A stretch of 64,000 bases of DNA from a virus. This document shows positions 38,257 to 48,143 of the stretch, one piece after another. The translations under genes were made by a program, and so were the position numbers. The stretch spans positions 32,001 to 96,000 of the IMG/VR virus record IMGVR_UViG_3300028920_000045; one strand, written 5' to 3'. Under the pieces are notes generated by a model that was given only the letters and a program-made list of their open reading frames with translations, did no database searches and was not told the DNA's origin. Every line of letters begins with the position of its first letter. Positions within the stretch are counted from its first letter, which is position 1.

Positions 38257-40448
38257 AGACGACCAGGACGAAGTCGAAGCCGATGGTCTCGGGGTACTTC
38301 GGGACCCTGGCCGTGGTCCTCTCCAGAGAACTCGGGGTGAAGGTCATTCCGTCCGACGGTGCCTGTTGCACCGATTGTCGTACGACCATCGCCCTCCCGA
38401 TAGCTGCCGAGCACCTCCCCGACGACTCGGCCCGAATCCTCGACGGACTCCTCGACCATGAGTCCGGACATATCCGGTGCGTCAAACTCGACGAGGAACT
38501 CGGACGAGTTCCCATCGACAAGGTTGAGCCGCCGGGGACGTCTCCTCAACTTCATACGATAATGAACGGGTTGATCGACGGTCGTGACCAGATCAAAATG
38601 ACCCGACTGTACCCGGGTGTCTCGGAGAACTTCGATCACTCGTACCGGTGGGGACGGGACAGTCACCTCCGGAACGTCGAGGAGTACGAGAAGACCGGTA
38701 ACCCGGCACTCGCCCCCTCCCTCTTCCGCAACGTGGTCTGCGTTCTGACCTCGATCATGAGGGGGTACGATCCGAGTCCCTGGGGTGAGGAGGCGAACGA
38801 CCTGGTCCGGACTCACCTGGCAGACGAGGTCAGGGACGGGCTCCGACTCGTCGACGAGTTCGGGTCACCCGAGGAGTTCTTCTCCCTCTCGAAGCGGGTC
38901 CTCTCGAAGCTGGGGGACCTGGCCGAAGAACCGCCGCCTCCTCCCCCCGGTCCGGGTGGGGAGGGCGATCCGACTCCGGGAGAGGACGACGACGGTGACC
39001 CGTCCGGTGGTCAGGGTGGCGAGGAGGACGAAGACGACGACCAGGACGGTGAGGGTGAGGGAGACGAGGACGAGGACGGAGACGCCCAGGGCGAAGGGGA
39101 CGACGAGGACGAGGATGGTCCCCAGGACGACGGAGACGGCCCAGGAGAGACGAACGGGGACGAGGACGAGGGCGAGGACGAGGGTGAGGGTGAGGACGGG
39201 TCCGGGTCTGGAGACGGCCAGGAGGACGACGAGGACGGCGACGACCAGGACGGTGAGGGAGACGACGAGGTCGACGACGACCAGGACGGTGAGGGAGAGG
39301 GTGGGGGAGACGAGGACTCCGACTCCCGAGGTGGGGAGCCTTCGGACAAGTGCGAGGGTGAGGTTGACTCGGTCGATCCCGATTACGGTGACGGAGGAGG
39401 AGGGATCGGTCCCGCTCTCCGGACCGCCCTCAAGGAAGACCTCGAAGCCCTGGAGTGCGACGACGACCCGGTCGACGGAGCTGCCAGACGTCACCTCGAC
39501 GAGCAGTGCAAGAGGTCCCTCGGTCGGGTCCATATCCCGCACCCCGTTGCCCTTGCCGCCGACCGGGTGTGCGACCCCCTGGAGTTCACCTCGGCAAGCC
39601 GACAGGAACTCCTCAAGCTCTACCACTCGATCAAGAACCAGGTCACTCCGGAGATCGGTCGACTCCGGTCTCAACTCCTCCGAGCCCTCAAGTGTCAGCA
39701 GGCGAAGAAGCTCCGGGTCGAGCAGGAGGACGGGGAGTCCCTCCACGACGGGTCACTCTACAAACTGATCTCGGGTGGGGACGAGAGGGTCTTCCGGAAG
39801 AGACTCCCCGGACTCAACCTCGACACCGACCTCTCGATCCTCACCGACCAGTCTGGGTCGATGTCGGGAGGAGGGAAGATCGAGACGGCCCGGAAAGCCG
39901 TGATCGCCCTGACCGAGACCTGTGCGTCGATCAAGGTCCCGGTTGAGGTCCTCGGGTGGGACACGGGCGAGACCGTCGTCTATCCGAATCCACCGTACAA
40001 CCGGGGCGAGAATCAGAGGTATCGAGTCTATAAGACCCACGACGAACCTCTCAACGACACGGTCCGGGCTCGCCTCGCGTCGATGGGTTCCGGTATCCAG
40101 AATTGCGACTCCGAGGCCGTTGCGTGGGCGGCTGACCGACTCCAGTTGAGGAGGTCGAAGAGGAAGGTCCTCCTCGTCCTGTCGGACGGACATCCCGCCT
40201 CGTCGACCGTCGACTCCGGAGTCGACGGAGTGAATATCCGACGGGTCGTCGACCGGGCCTTCGACGCCGGGATCGAGGTCGTGTCCATCGGGATCAAGAC
40301 CGACGCACCGAGGTATTACTATCCGGTCTCGATTGTCCTCCACGACATCTCGGCTCTCTCGAAGACCTTGGTCGGAATCCTGGACGCCCTTCTTCGACAG
40401 GGGAAGAGGGTCGTCCGCAAGATGGACCGGACAGAACTGGGAGTGTAG
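38253..40448 (+). CDS. CobT-like vWA-domain protein with HExxH N-terminal domain and acidic linker
   Basis: DHESGH; D/E/G-rich linker; MIDAS DQSGSM and LSDG. Confidence 0.9.
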   Translation: MKTTRTKSKPMVSGYFGTLAVVLSRELGVKVIPSDGACCTDCRTTIALPIAAEHLPDDSARILDGLLDHESGHIRCVKLDEELGRVPIDKVEPPGTSPQLHTIMNGLIDGRDQIKMTRLYPGVSENFDHSYRWGRDSHLRNVEEYEKTGNPALAPSLFRNVVCVLTSIMRGYDPSPWGEEANDLVRTHLADEVRDGLRLVDEFGSPEEFFSLSKRVLSKLGDLAEEPPPPPPGPGGEGDPTPGEDDDGDPSGGQGGEEDEDDDQDGEGEGDEDEDGDAQGEGDDEDEDGPQDDGDGPGETNGDEDEGEDEGEGEDGSGSGDGQEDDEDGDDQDGEGDDEVDDDQDGEGEGGGDEDSDSRGGEPSDKCEGEVDSVDPDYGDGGGGIGPALRTALKEDLEALECDDDPVDGAARRHLDEQCKRSLGRVHIPHPVALAADRVCDPLEFTSASRQELLKLYHSIKNQVTPEIGRLRSQLLRALKCQQAKKLRVEQEDGESLHDGSLYKLISGGDERVFRKRLPGLNLDTDLSILTDQSGSMSGGGKIETARKAVIALTETCASIKVPVEVLGWDTGETVVYPNPPYNRGENQRYRVYKTHDEPLNDTVRARLASMGSGIQNCDSEAVAWAADRLQLRRSKRKVLLVLSDGHPASSTVDSGVDGVNIRRVVDRAFDAGIEVVSIGIKTDAPRYYYPVSIVLHDISALSKTLVGILDALLRQGKRVVRKMDRTELGV

Positions 40449-40491
40449 GAATGGACGGGGTCTCCTCTCTCTCTGCTTTCTCTCCCCGTCC

Positions 40492-40530
40492 ACGGGACGC
40501 CCGGGATGGTCTCGGGCGTCCCGTCTTTCT
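40492..40530 (+). terminator. probable intrinsic terminator (second of two adjacent hairpins)
   Basis: acgggacgcccggga-tgg-tctcgggcgtcccgt stem followed by ctttct. Confidence 0.65.
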
Positions 40531-40551
40531 CCCTAACCGGAAGGGTTGAGC

Positions 40552-41409
40552 ATGGCACCCGGACTCGAAGAACTCCGGTCTCGGTTCTCGAAGGTCGGAA
40601 AGGCCGAGAGAGAGAAGAAGGCCGAAGAGGAACGGATCGCTCTCCGGGAGCGAGAGGTCAAGATGGTCGACCTCACCCTCAAGGGACTGGTCGACGCCCG
40701 GTCCGAACTCCGACTCCAGAACGAGGAGGCGGTTCGTCGAGGTGGAGAGGGTGTCGACGTCCCCGACTGTCTCGGGTTCTGTGAGGCCAGGAACCGGGAG
40801 AAGGCCAAGAGGGATACCTGTCGGGCCTGCGGGGTCCGTGGGAATTGTGAGTCGACCGACCGAGACCTCGGGGTCTGGAAGAACCTCAAGGCGTACGCTC
40901 CTCGGTGCTTCATACAGGGGCTCAACCGGAAGGACAGGAAGAACCGTATCCAGTGCAACGCTTGTCCGTACAAGACCCCCTGTGTCGGCCATCGGGAGTA
41001 CCGGGCTCTCCTGAAAAAGAGGGAGTTCTTCCAGAAGAAACAGAAGGAGAAGGAAGAGAGGGACCGGAAGGAAGAGGAGGCTCTCGCCCGAGCTGCCAAA
41101 GCACCAGACGAGATCAAGACCGACGTCGTCTTCGAGCGGTACGAGTATCGCGGGCTCACGGCCAAGGGCCGACGGTCCGAGAAGTTCTGGGAGGTCGCTC
41201 GTCGAGGACGGTTCCTCCTCCGACGGTGGGGGAAGATCAGGGGGACGAAGGTCGACCGTCTCCTCAACGTCTACTCGTCCGATACCGTGGCTCAAGAGAG
41301 GATGGACGAACTCACGTCCCAGAAGACGGGCAAGGGGTACCGGTACGACAGCCGACCGACTCGGTCCGTCGTGATCCGCCCCGACTCGAAGACCTGGGTC
41401 GAGGCTTGA
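40552..41409 (+). CDS. WGR-domain protein with two Cys4 modules
   Basis: EKFWEV...RWGKI...KGY WGR pattern; two C-x15/16-C-x2-C-x5-C motifs. Confidence 0.75.
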   Translation: MAPGLEELRSRFSKVGKAEREKKAEEERIALREREVKMVDLTLKGLVDARSELRLQNEEAVRRGGEGVDVPDCLGFCEARNREKAKRDTCRACGVRGNCESTDRDLGVWKNLKAYAPRCFIQGLNRKDRKNRIQCNACPYKTPCVGHREYRALLKKREFFQKKQKEKEERDRKEEEALARAAKAPDEIKTDVVFERYEYRGLTAKGRRSEKFWEVARRGRFLLRRWGKIRGTKVDRLLNVYSSDTVAQERMDELTSQKTGKGYRYDSRPTRSVVIRPDSKTWVEA

Positions 41410-41419
41410 CGGAGGACTC

Positions 41420-41737
41420 ATGCCAGAGTATACGAAGTGTCCCCATTGTGGATTTGCCGTCCCGATCCCCGGGACCAGGAAGAAGAGGACGACGAGGGTG
41501 ATCGCTGGAGTGCCTGGTCAGTGGGAACCGACCGACTACCAGGGAGCACGGAAGGGGGACGAGGTCCTTCTCGTTTTCGGGGTCGGGAAGAAGTCGCAGA
41601 CCACTCGGGGCAGGGTCGTCCGGAAGTACCGGGGGATCTATCTTCGGACCATCGGACCGCAACCGACGACTCGTACGTTCTTCGATGTCCCGACCGTGGA
41701 CTCTGCGACGTCTGTCTTCCGGAGGGTGAGGACGTGA
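41420..41737 (+). CDS. small Zn-knuckle hypothetical protein
   Basis: SD ggagg; CPHC. Confidence 0.6.
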   Translation: MPEYTKCPHCGFAVPIPGTRKKRTTRVIAGVPGQWEPTDYQGARKGDEVLLVFGVGKKSQTTRGRVVRKYRGIYLRTIGPQPTTRTFFDVPTVDSATSVFRRVRT

Positions 41738-42459
41738 CCCGTTCCAGGAAGATCCCTCCGGAGAGGGTCCGACCCGAGGTGGCCGTCTCCCCGGAGAACG
41801 TCCGGAAGTACGTCCGACTCCTTCGGACCCAGGCCATGAGACTCGCCCGAGCCGAACGGACCGGGATCGATGACGCCGACCAGGAGATCGCACTCCTGGT
41901 TATGGAGGCTCTCCCGAAGTACGACCCCCACCGGGCGACGGTCCGACAGTGGGTCCGACTCTACGTCACCGGCCGGGTCCGAGACCGGGTCGCCTCGGCA
42001 TCGGCCGTGAAGAACCGTCCGACCGTCTGGACGTACGACCAGGTCTGGGGATGGTACCGTCAACCGGCCCAGGCGACTCCCGGGATCGAGGAAGACCAGG
42101 AGTCCGAAGATCTGACCACGACCGAGGACCAGTTCTTCGAGTCCGAACGTCGTGTCCGATTCGAGGAGGCCATCGCAGAGGCAGAGTCCGAACTTCGACG
42201 AACGGTCCGACCTGGTCAGGCCGACATCGCCGTCAAGGTCTTTCGGACTCGTCTGGAGGAGGCGACGGAGACGGGACGACAGAGACGACAGAACCCCCGG
42301 GCGACGGTTGAGTCCCTGGGGATCTCGTACTATGAGGAGAGACGACTCTGGCTCCAGGGTCGGACCCTCCTCCGGAGAGCACTCCGACAGAGAGGAGAAC
42401 TCGGAGCCCCGGAGAGGGTCCGACCCCGAACTATTCACCACAAGGGCGAACGCCCGTAA
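41734..42459 (+). CDS. phage RNA polymerase sigma-70-family factor
   Basis: Region 2 pattern DDADQEIAL...EALPKYDP.RAT.RQWV; degenerate region-4 HTH (ESLGISY). Confidence 0.75.
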   Translation: MTRSRKIPPERVRPEVAVSPENVRKYVRLLRTQAMRLARAERTGIDDADQEIALLVMEALPKYDPHRATVRQWVRLYVTGRVRDRVASASAVKNRPTVWTYDQVWGWYRQPAQATPGIEEDQESEDLTTTEDQFFESERRVRFEEAIAEAESELRRTVRPGQADIAVKVFRTRLEEATETGRQRRQNPRATVESLGISYYEERRLWLQGRTLLRRALRQRGELGAPERVRPRTIHHKGERP

Positions 42460-42486
42460 CTGGAGAGAGAGGGAGGACGAGGAACG

Positions 42487-43707
42487 ATGGCGAAGAAGAA
42501 GAAGACGAAGTCCGAGGACGAGCACTCGATCCCGAAGTGTCTGGGGTTCCATGCCGGGGACTCGACCTGCGACGGTGACCCCGAGGCGGCTGACCCGGAG
42601 ATGCGGGAGAGCTGCCCGGTCCGGGAGGAGTGCATCCGGCTCCAGTCCTACGCCACCGAGACCGGGGAGGACGCGGACGAGCTGATCAAGGGCCACGCCT
42701 CGGTCGAGTCCGTGGTCCGGATGCTCGACGAGCAGGAGGACGACGACTCCGACGTCGAGGACGAGGACGACTCCGACGTCGAGGACGAGGAGGAGGACGT
42801 CGAGGACGAGGAGGAGGACGTCGAGGACGACTCCGACGTCGAGGACGAGGACGACGTCGAGGACGACGTCGAGGACGAGGACGAGAACCAGGAGTCCGAG
42901 GAGGACGAGGAGGAGGCCGAGCCGATGCCGACGAAGAAGACCAAGGACAAGACCAAGGACAAGACGACGACGAAGAAGGAGTCGACCAAGTCGAAGACCA
43001 AGTCGACGAAGAAGACCTCGAAGAAGTCGTCGAAGAAGAAGACGGCCCCCGCCAAGGACGAGACCTCGAAGAAGTCGTCGAAGAAGAAGACGGCCAAGGC
43101 CAAGACCAAGGACTCGGGGTCGAAGAAGACCTCGAAGAAGAAGACCGAGCCCGAGAAGCCCGAGTGCTTCGAGGACGAGACCAAGTACAACGGGAACGTG
43201 GACCCCTGCAAGTCCTGTCCGGTCGGGAAGGAGTGCAAGACCCGGGTCTACACGAAGCGGACCCTCGCCCGTCGGAAGGCGAAGAAGAAGGAGACGGCCC
43301 AGGAGCCGCCGAAGAAGCCGAAGACGACCACGACCAAGGGGTCGACCCCGAAGTCGCCCCAGACGTCGGCTCCGGTCGCCACGGACGGCAACCCGGTCCT
43401 CGGGGTCGCCCACTCCCAGGGGTGGGACGTCCAGGACTTCGGGACGTACCAGGAGGTCGGTCGGTTCGTCGGCCGGGGCCAGACCCCCGAGGTCTTCCTC
43501 CGGGTCTTCGAGGACGGGGCGTTCCTCCGGGTCGCCACCTCCGACACCTCCCCGGCCGGTCTCCGGGCCGACCCGTCATTCCTGGTCGAGACCCTCAAGG
43601 CGAAGAAGTCCGACGCCCCCGGCTTCGACTTCGACCTGGAGGTCAAGACCAAGGGCGTCCGGAAGTCCCTGATCGAGACCCTGACCGACGAGCCCTCGAT
43701 CATCTAG
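42487..43707 (+). CDS. charge-block disordered protein (acidic tract, H1-like Lys-rich tract, two Cys4 modules)
   Basis: EDEDDSDV repeats, KKTSKKSSKKK repeats, PKCLG and PECFE modules. Confidence 0.8.
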   Translation: MAKKKKTKSEDEHSIPKCLGFHAGDSTCDGDPEAADPEMRESCPVREECIRLQSYATETGEDADELIKGHASVESVVRMLDEQEDDDSDVEDEDDSDVEDEEEDVEDEEEDVEDDSDVEDEDDVEDDVEDEDENQESEEDEEEAEPMPTKKTKDKTKDKTTTKKESTKSKTKSTKKTSKKSSKKKTAPAKDETSKKSSKKKTAKAKTKDSGSKKTSKKKTEPEKPECFEDETKYNGNVDPCKSCPVGKECKTRVYTKRTLARRKAKKKETAQEPPKKPKTTTTKGSTPKSPQTSAPVATDGNPVLGVAHSQGWDVQDFGTYQEVGRFVGRGQTPEVFLRVFEDGAFLRVATSDTSPAGLRADPSFLVETLKAKKSDAPGFDFDLEVKTKGVRKSLIETLTDEPSII

Positions 43708-43717
43708 GAGGTCCGAC

Positions 43718-44335
43718 GTGGCCCCTTCCATCGACGACCTCCGGAAACGATACCGTCCCGGACGTCGGAAGAAGGACGACGAGACCGAGACCTCTGGCCG
43801 TGGTGGTCGGGGGTCTCGGTCAACCCGTCCTTGTATCCGGTGCAAGGGCCAGGGTACGGTCGGGGGGGACGAGTTCTCGAAGACGGCCGAGGTCCGGTGT
43901 CCTCGGTGCGGGGGGACGGGGATCGATCCCGACACACCCCACGAAGAACGACGGCCCCGACGAGCCGGGACCGAGGTTGACCCCGAGGACCTCTTCCGTA
44001 CTCCCGACGAGAGGAAGAAGGCCAGGCAGAAGAAGGTCAACCCGAAAGCCCTGGCCGACAAGGTCCGGAAGAAGACCGGGAAGAAGTACAAGATCGTCGA
44101 CGACGGCCGTGGTCACAAGGACGCGGTCCTCTACTTCGGGAAGTACTCCGGGTCGAAGGTCTCTCACCTGGTCGCGGACGAGGATGGACGGAGCTATCTT
44201 CTCTGGGTCCTCAAGGAAGGATTCGAGGACGAACTCAAGGAAGTCGTCGTCCACCGTCTCCACCTCGAAGGGTACGACCCGGCCGAACGGATGTCAGACC
44301 CCCGAGGTACCCTCCCCCGTCGGACCCCTTTCTAG
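43718..44335 (+). CDS. DnaJ-type Zn finger plus FGKY (ExoX C-terminal-like) domain protein
   Basis: CIRCKGQG and CPRCGGTG; LYFGKYSG...YLLWVL. Confidence 0.75.
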   Translation: MAPSIDDLRKRYRPGRRKKDDETETSGRGGRGSRSTRPCIRCKGQGTVGGDEFSKTAEVRCPRCGGTGIDPDTPHEERRPRRAGTEVDPEDLFRTPDERKKARQKKVNPKALADKVRKKTGKKYKIVDDGRGHKDAVLYFGKYSGSKVSHLVADEDGRSYLLWVLKEGFEDELKEVVVHRLHLEGYDPAERMSDPRGTLPRRTPF

Positions 44336-44353
44336 CACCTCGGAGGTGCCGTC

Positions 44354-47300
44354 TTGAGTCCCACTGCTGACCCCTGGGTCAATCTTCACGTTCACTCTAT
44401 GTTCTCCCTCCTCGACGGGGTCGGGTCGTATGAGGACTATGCGAAGAGGTTGATCCGGTGGAGGGAGAAGGTCGGACTCAAGGGACCGGGGTACCTCGCC
44501 GCGACCGAGCACGGGTCGATGCGGGGGATCGTCCGTCTCCAGAAGGTCGCAGAGGAGAACGACCTCCGACCCATCTTCGGGATCGAGTTCTACACGGCCG
44601 AGGACCTCACCGTTAAGTCTCTCTCCGACGCGGACAAGAGTCTCGTCCAGAAGGAACCGTTCCGGGAGAGACGGTCGTTCCAGGCTCGACTCGAAAAGTA
44701 CCGGGGAATCCGACCCCGGTGGCACCTCACCGCCTGGGCCTTGAACGAGACCGGACTCCGGAACCTGATCCGTCTCTCCTCGATTGCCTGGATAGACGGG
44801 TTCTATTACAAGCCCCGGATCGACTTCCCCACCCTGGAGAAGTACTCGGACGGGATCGCCATCGGGTCGGCTTGCCTGGCCGGTCCTCTCTGTTCTCCGG
44901 TCCTCGACGGTGAGCCGTTGGTCGCCGTCGAGAACGCGGTCTTCCTCAAGGACGTCTTCGGTGATCGGTTCTACGTCGAGATCATGGCGAACGGTATCCC
45001 CGAGCAGGACCGGGCGAACCGTGCTCTCGTCCGTATCGCCCGACGACTCGACCTCCCGTTGATCGCCACGGTGGACAGTCATTACACACAGCCTCGGGAC
45101 TGGAGACTCCAGGAGGCGCTACTCTGTGTCCAGACGAACGACAAGATCGCCAACCCTAAACGGTTCCAGTTCTCCTCTCGGGACTTCTGGTACAAGACCG
45201 GAGACGAAGTCCGAAAGGGGTTCCGCCAGTACCATCCCTGGCTCAAGACCTCGGTCGTCCGACGGGCGATTCGGACCACGGCCGAACTCGCGGAGAGGTG
45301 CGAGGCGACCTTGACCCTCGACCCCTTGGCAGCTCTCCTTCCGACGCCGTCCGACCGGGACACGACACCCGAGGAGGACTTCGAGGCTCTCCGGGACCTG
45401 TGTGTCGAGGGGTGGGTCTGGAGACGGATCGAGGACCGGGCCAAGTTCGTCGCGGGGGTGAGGAAGTCCTCGGTCTCTCGGGTCGTGAAGGAGTATAAGA
45501 AACGACTCGCCCACGAACTCCGAGTCCTCCGGGAGAAGAAGTTTTCCCGGTACATCCTGGTCCTGTATGACCTGGTCCAGTGGGCGAGGGATCAAGGGAT
45601 CTTTGTAGGACCAGGACGAGGGTCGGCGGCGGGGTGTCTGGTCGCGTACCTCGTCGGGGTGACGTCGATGGACCCGGTCGAGCACGGACTCCTATTCGAG
45701 AGGTTCCTCCCTCCTGGTCGAGTGGACTTCCCGGACATCGACGTCGACTTCGAGAAGGAGAGACGACCCGAGGTGATCCAGTACCTCGTCGACAAGTACG
45801 GTCGAGGGAGCACGGCCCAGATCTCGACGTACTCGACCATGAAAGGGAGGGGTTGTTTCCGGGACGTTGCCAGGGTGTACTCGGTCTCCACGACCGAGAC
45901 GAACCGGGTGGCCTCTGCCATCCTCCAGAGACTCCCAGGACACGAACGAGAGGACCACTGTATCGAGGACTCTCTCGATACGTCTCCCGAGTGCAAGGCC
46001 TTCCGGAAGAAGAACCCGGTCGTCTTCTCGGTGGCCGAACGTCTGGAGGGGACCATCCGTCAAGTCGGTCTCCACGCGGCCGGGGTCGTGGTCACTCCGA
46101 ACCCGCTGATCGAGATCGTCCCTCTGGAGTCACGGGTCGACCCAGACACGAAGGCCCGGGTCCCGGTGATCGCTGTCGACTTCCGGGACGCCCAGGAACT
46201 CGGGTTGATCAAACTCGACGCTCTCGGTCTCAAGCACCTCACGGCAATCCGTCACTCCCTCCAGGCCGTCGAGGATCTGTACGGTGGGGCGATCACCCTG
46301 GAGGACCTGGAGTCGGAGCACTACCAGGACCCGAAGGTCCTCGGCGCGTTTGACGATCCGGCGAACCGGGTGGGGGTCTTCCAGTTTGACTCTCCGACCA
46401 TGTCGTCGATCATGACCTTCCCGGTGACCAGATTCGAGGACCTGGTCGCACTCAACGCACTCAACCGTCCCGGGGCCATGAGGTCAGGACTCGCCCGACG
46501 GTACGCCGCCCGAGCCCGGAAGGGAACCAAGCCGAAGAAGGTCCATCCGATCCTCGACCGGATCACGTTCCCGACTCTCGGGGTCCTTTGCTACCAGGAG
46601 CAGGTGACCAGGGTCTTCGTCGAGCTGGCAGGGTACGACCCCGGGGACGCCGACAAGATCCGGAAGAAGATCGGAAAGAGTGAGGGTGAGAAGGCCATCG
46701 CTCCGGAGAAGACGAAGTTCGTGACCGGTGCTGTCGACCGTGGTCTGGACGAGGACAAGTCGAAGGTCCTCTTCGCCCAGATCCTCAAGTTCGGCGGGTA
46801 CGCTTTCAATAAGTCCCACGCCGCTGCGTATTCGGCTCTGGCATACTGGGAAATGAGACTCCTCGTCGAGTTCCCCGACACGTTCTTCCTCGGTCTCCTC
46901 CAGGCCGAGGATCAACTTCCGAAGGTCGCCCGGTATATCGAGACGTCGTCTCGGCACGGTGTCGACGTTCTTCCTCCGGACGTGAACGAGTCGACGACCC
47001 GGTACCGTCTGGTCCACCGCAACACGATTCGATGTCCCCTCAACGGACTCAAGGGTATCGGTGCGAAAGCTGCCGACTCGATAGTCAAGGGTCAACCGTT
47101 TCGGTCCGTGGCCGACCTGGTCAACCGAACGGACTCCCGGGCCGTGACGTCGAAGGCCCTGGAGGTTCTGGCCCAGGCAGGAGCCCTCGACTCCCTGGTC
47201 CCGAATCGGAGGTACCTGGTCGAGAACGCAAAGGACCTGGCCGAGAGGATCAGGAAGAAGGACGGCGAGTCGGTCGACACCGAGGTCAGTCTCTCCGGTT

Positions 47301-48082
47301 CGTCTCCCGACTACTCGAAGACGGAGAGGATAAGACGGGCGGTCGAGATCGGGGTGTACGGACCTGGTCACTCGCCCCTCGATGCGTACACCGATCTCTG
47401 GGAAGAACTGGAGTCTCACGGTGTCGAGTTCGTCCGACTCGGTGACATCGACTGGAACGAGGCTCTCGTCTGGGTTCGGGCCGTTGCCCGTGAAGCCAAG
47501 GCGATCACGACCGACGACGGACGGGTCGCAAACATGGTCCTCACCGACGGGTCTGGTCCGGACATCCGGGCGAGGGTGGAGACCAAGGAACTCGACCGAT
47601 TCGAGAGAGCCGCCACGAAGGCACAAGGAAAGGCCGTCCTCGTCCGGGCAGGACTCAACGCGAAGTCGAAGGGTCTCCGAGTACTCAAGGTCTTCCTGGC
47701 CGAAGACTTCCACGCACACTGGCGGTCGAAGGAACTGACCGACGAGGAGAAGAGGGTCTTCCGTCACCCCCTCCACGGTATCCGTCCGAGGTACAACGTG
47801 AGGAAGGCCATCGCAGACGAGGACGTCGGTCTCCTCTCGTTCGTCGGTCGGATCGAGTCGGTCAAGATCTGGGAGGACAGGAAAAAGAAGAAGATGGCCT
47901 TCTTCGATGTCCAGGCGTGGACAGGGTCGATCCCGGTCGTCTGTTTCGGGTCGTCGTTCCCCTCGTTCAAGAACGCGATCTATACCGGAGCCGTGGTCAA
48001 GGTCGAGGTTCTCCGAGGAGACGGCCCGTCCTGGGTCCTCGATTCGGAGTCGGGTTGCTCGATCAAGGACCTCGGACACTGA
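44354..48082 (+). CDS. dnaE: DNA polymerase III alpha subunit (family C)
   Basis: HVHSMFSLLDG PHP domain, GPGRGSAAG, PDIDVDF, HAAGVV, YQEQV, FNKSHA. Confidence 0.97.
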   Translation: MSPTADPWVNLHVHSMFSLLDGVGSYEDYAKRLIRWREKVGLKGPGYLAATEHGSMRGIVRLQKVAEENDLRPIFGIEFYTAEDLTVKSLSDADKSLVQKEPFRERRSFQARLEKYRGIRPRWHLTAWALNETGLRNLIRLSSIAWIDGFYYKPRIDFPTLEKYSDGIAIGSACLAGPLCSPVLDGEPLVAVENAVFLKDVFGDRFYVEIMANGIPEQDRANRALVRIARRLDLPLIATVDSHYTQPRDWRLQEALLCVQTNDKIANPKRFQFSSRDFWYKTGDEVRKGFRQYHPWLKTSVVRRAIRTTAELAERCEATLTLDPLAALLPTPSDRDTTPEEDFEALRDLCVEGWVWRRIEDRAKFVAGVRKSSVSRVVKEYKKRLAHELRVLREKKFSRYILVLYDLVQWARDQGIFVGPGRGSAAGCLVAYLVGVTSMDPVEHGLLFERFLPPGRVDFPDIDVDFEKERRPEVIQYLVDKYGRGSTAQISTYSTMKGRGCFRDVARVYSVSTTETNRVASAILQRLPGHEREDHCIEDSLDTSPECKAFRKKNPVVFSVAERLEGTIRQVGLHAAGVVVTPNPLIEIVPLESRVDPDTKARVPVIAVDFRDAQELGLIKLDALGLKHLTAIRHSLQAVEDLYGGAITLEDLESEHYQDPKVLGAFDDPANRVGVFQFDSPTMSSIMTFPVTRFEDLVALNALNRPGAMRSGLARRYAARARKGTKPKKVHPILDRITFPTLGVLCYQEQVTRVFVELAGYDPGDADKIRKKIGKSEGEKAIAPEKTKFVTGAVDRGLDEDKSKVLFAQILKFGGYAFNKSHAAAYSALAYWEMRLLVEFPDTFFLGLLQAEDQLPKVARYIETSSRHGVDVLPPDVNESTTRYRLVHRNTIRCPLNGLKGIGAKAADSIVKGQPFRSVADLVNRTDSRAVTSKALEVLAQAGALDSLVPNRRYLVENAKDLAERIRKKDGESVDTEVSLSGSSPDYSKTERIRRAVEIGVYGPGHSPLDAYTDLWEELESHGVEFVRLGDIDWNEALVWVRAVAREAKAITTDDGRVANMVLTDGSGPDIRARVETKELDRFERAATKAQGKAVLVRAGLNAKSKGLRVLKVFLAEDFHAHWRSKELTDEEKRVFRHPLHGIRPRYNVRKAIADEDVGLLSFVGRIESVKIWEDRKKKKMAFFDVQAWTGSIPVVCFGSSFPSFKNAIYTGAVVKVEVLRGDGPSWVLDSESGCSIKDLGH

Positions 48083-48094
48083 CACGAACCCTGG

Positions 48095-48110
48095 CAGCTC
48101 TCGAAGTATC
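48095..48110 (+). promoter_or_regulatory. candidate phage promoter/operator motif (copy 2)
   Basis: 16-bp identity to 29900-29915; intergenic, upstream of the SD. Confidence 0.5.
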
Positions 48111-48143
48111 AGAGGGACACGAACCCCAGGAGGAAAAGAGACC

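Noticed and set aside
37021-40448. Cobalamin biosynthesis genes cobS/cobT
   Set aside because: No cobN or other cob genes are present; phage MoxR/vWA pairs resemble them only at family level
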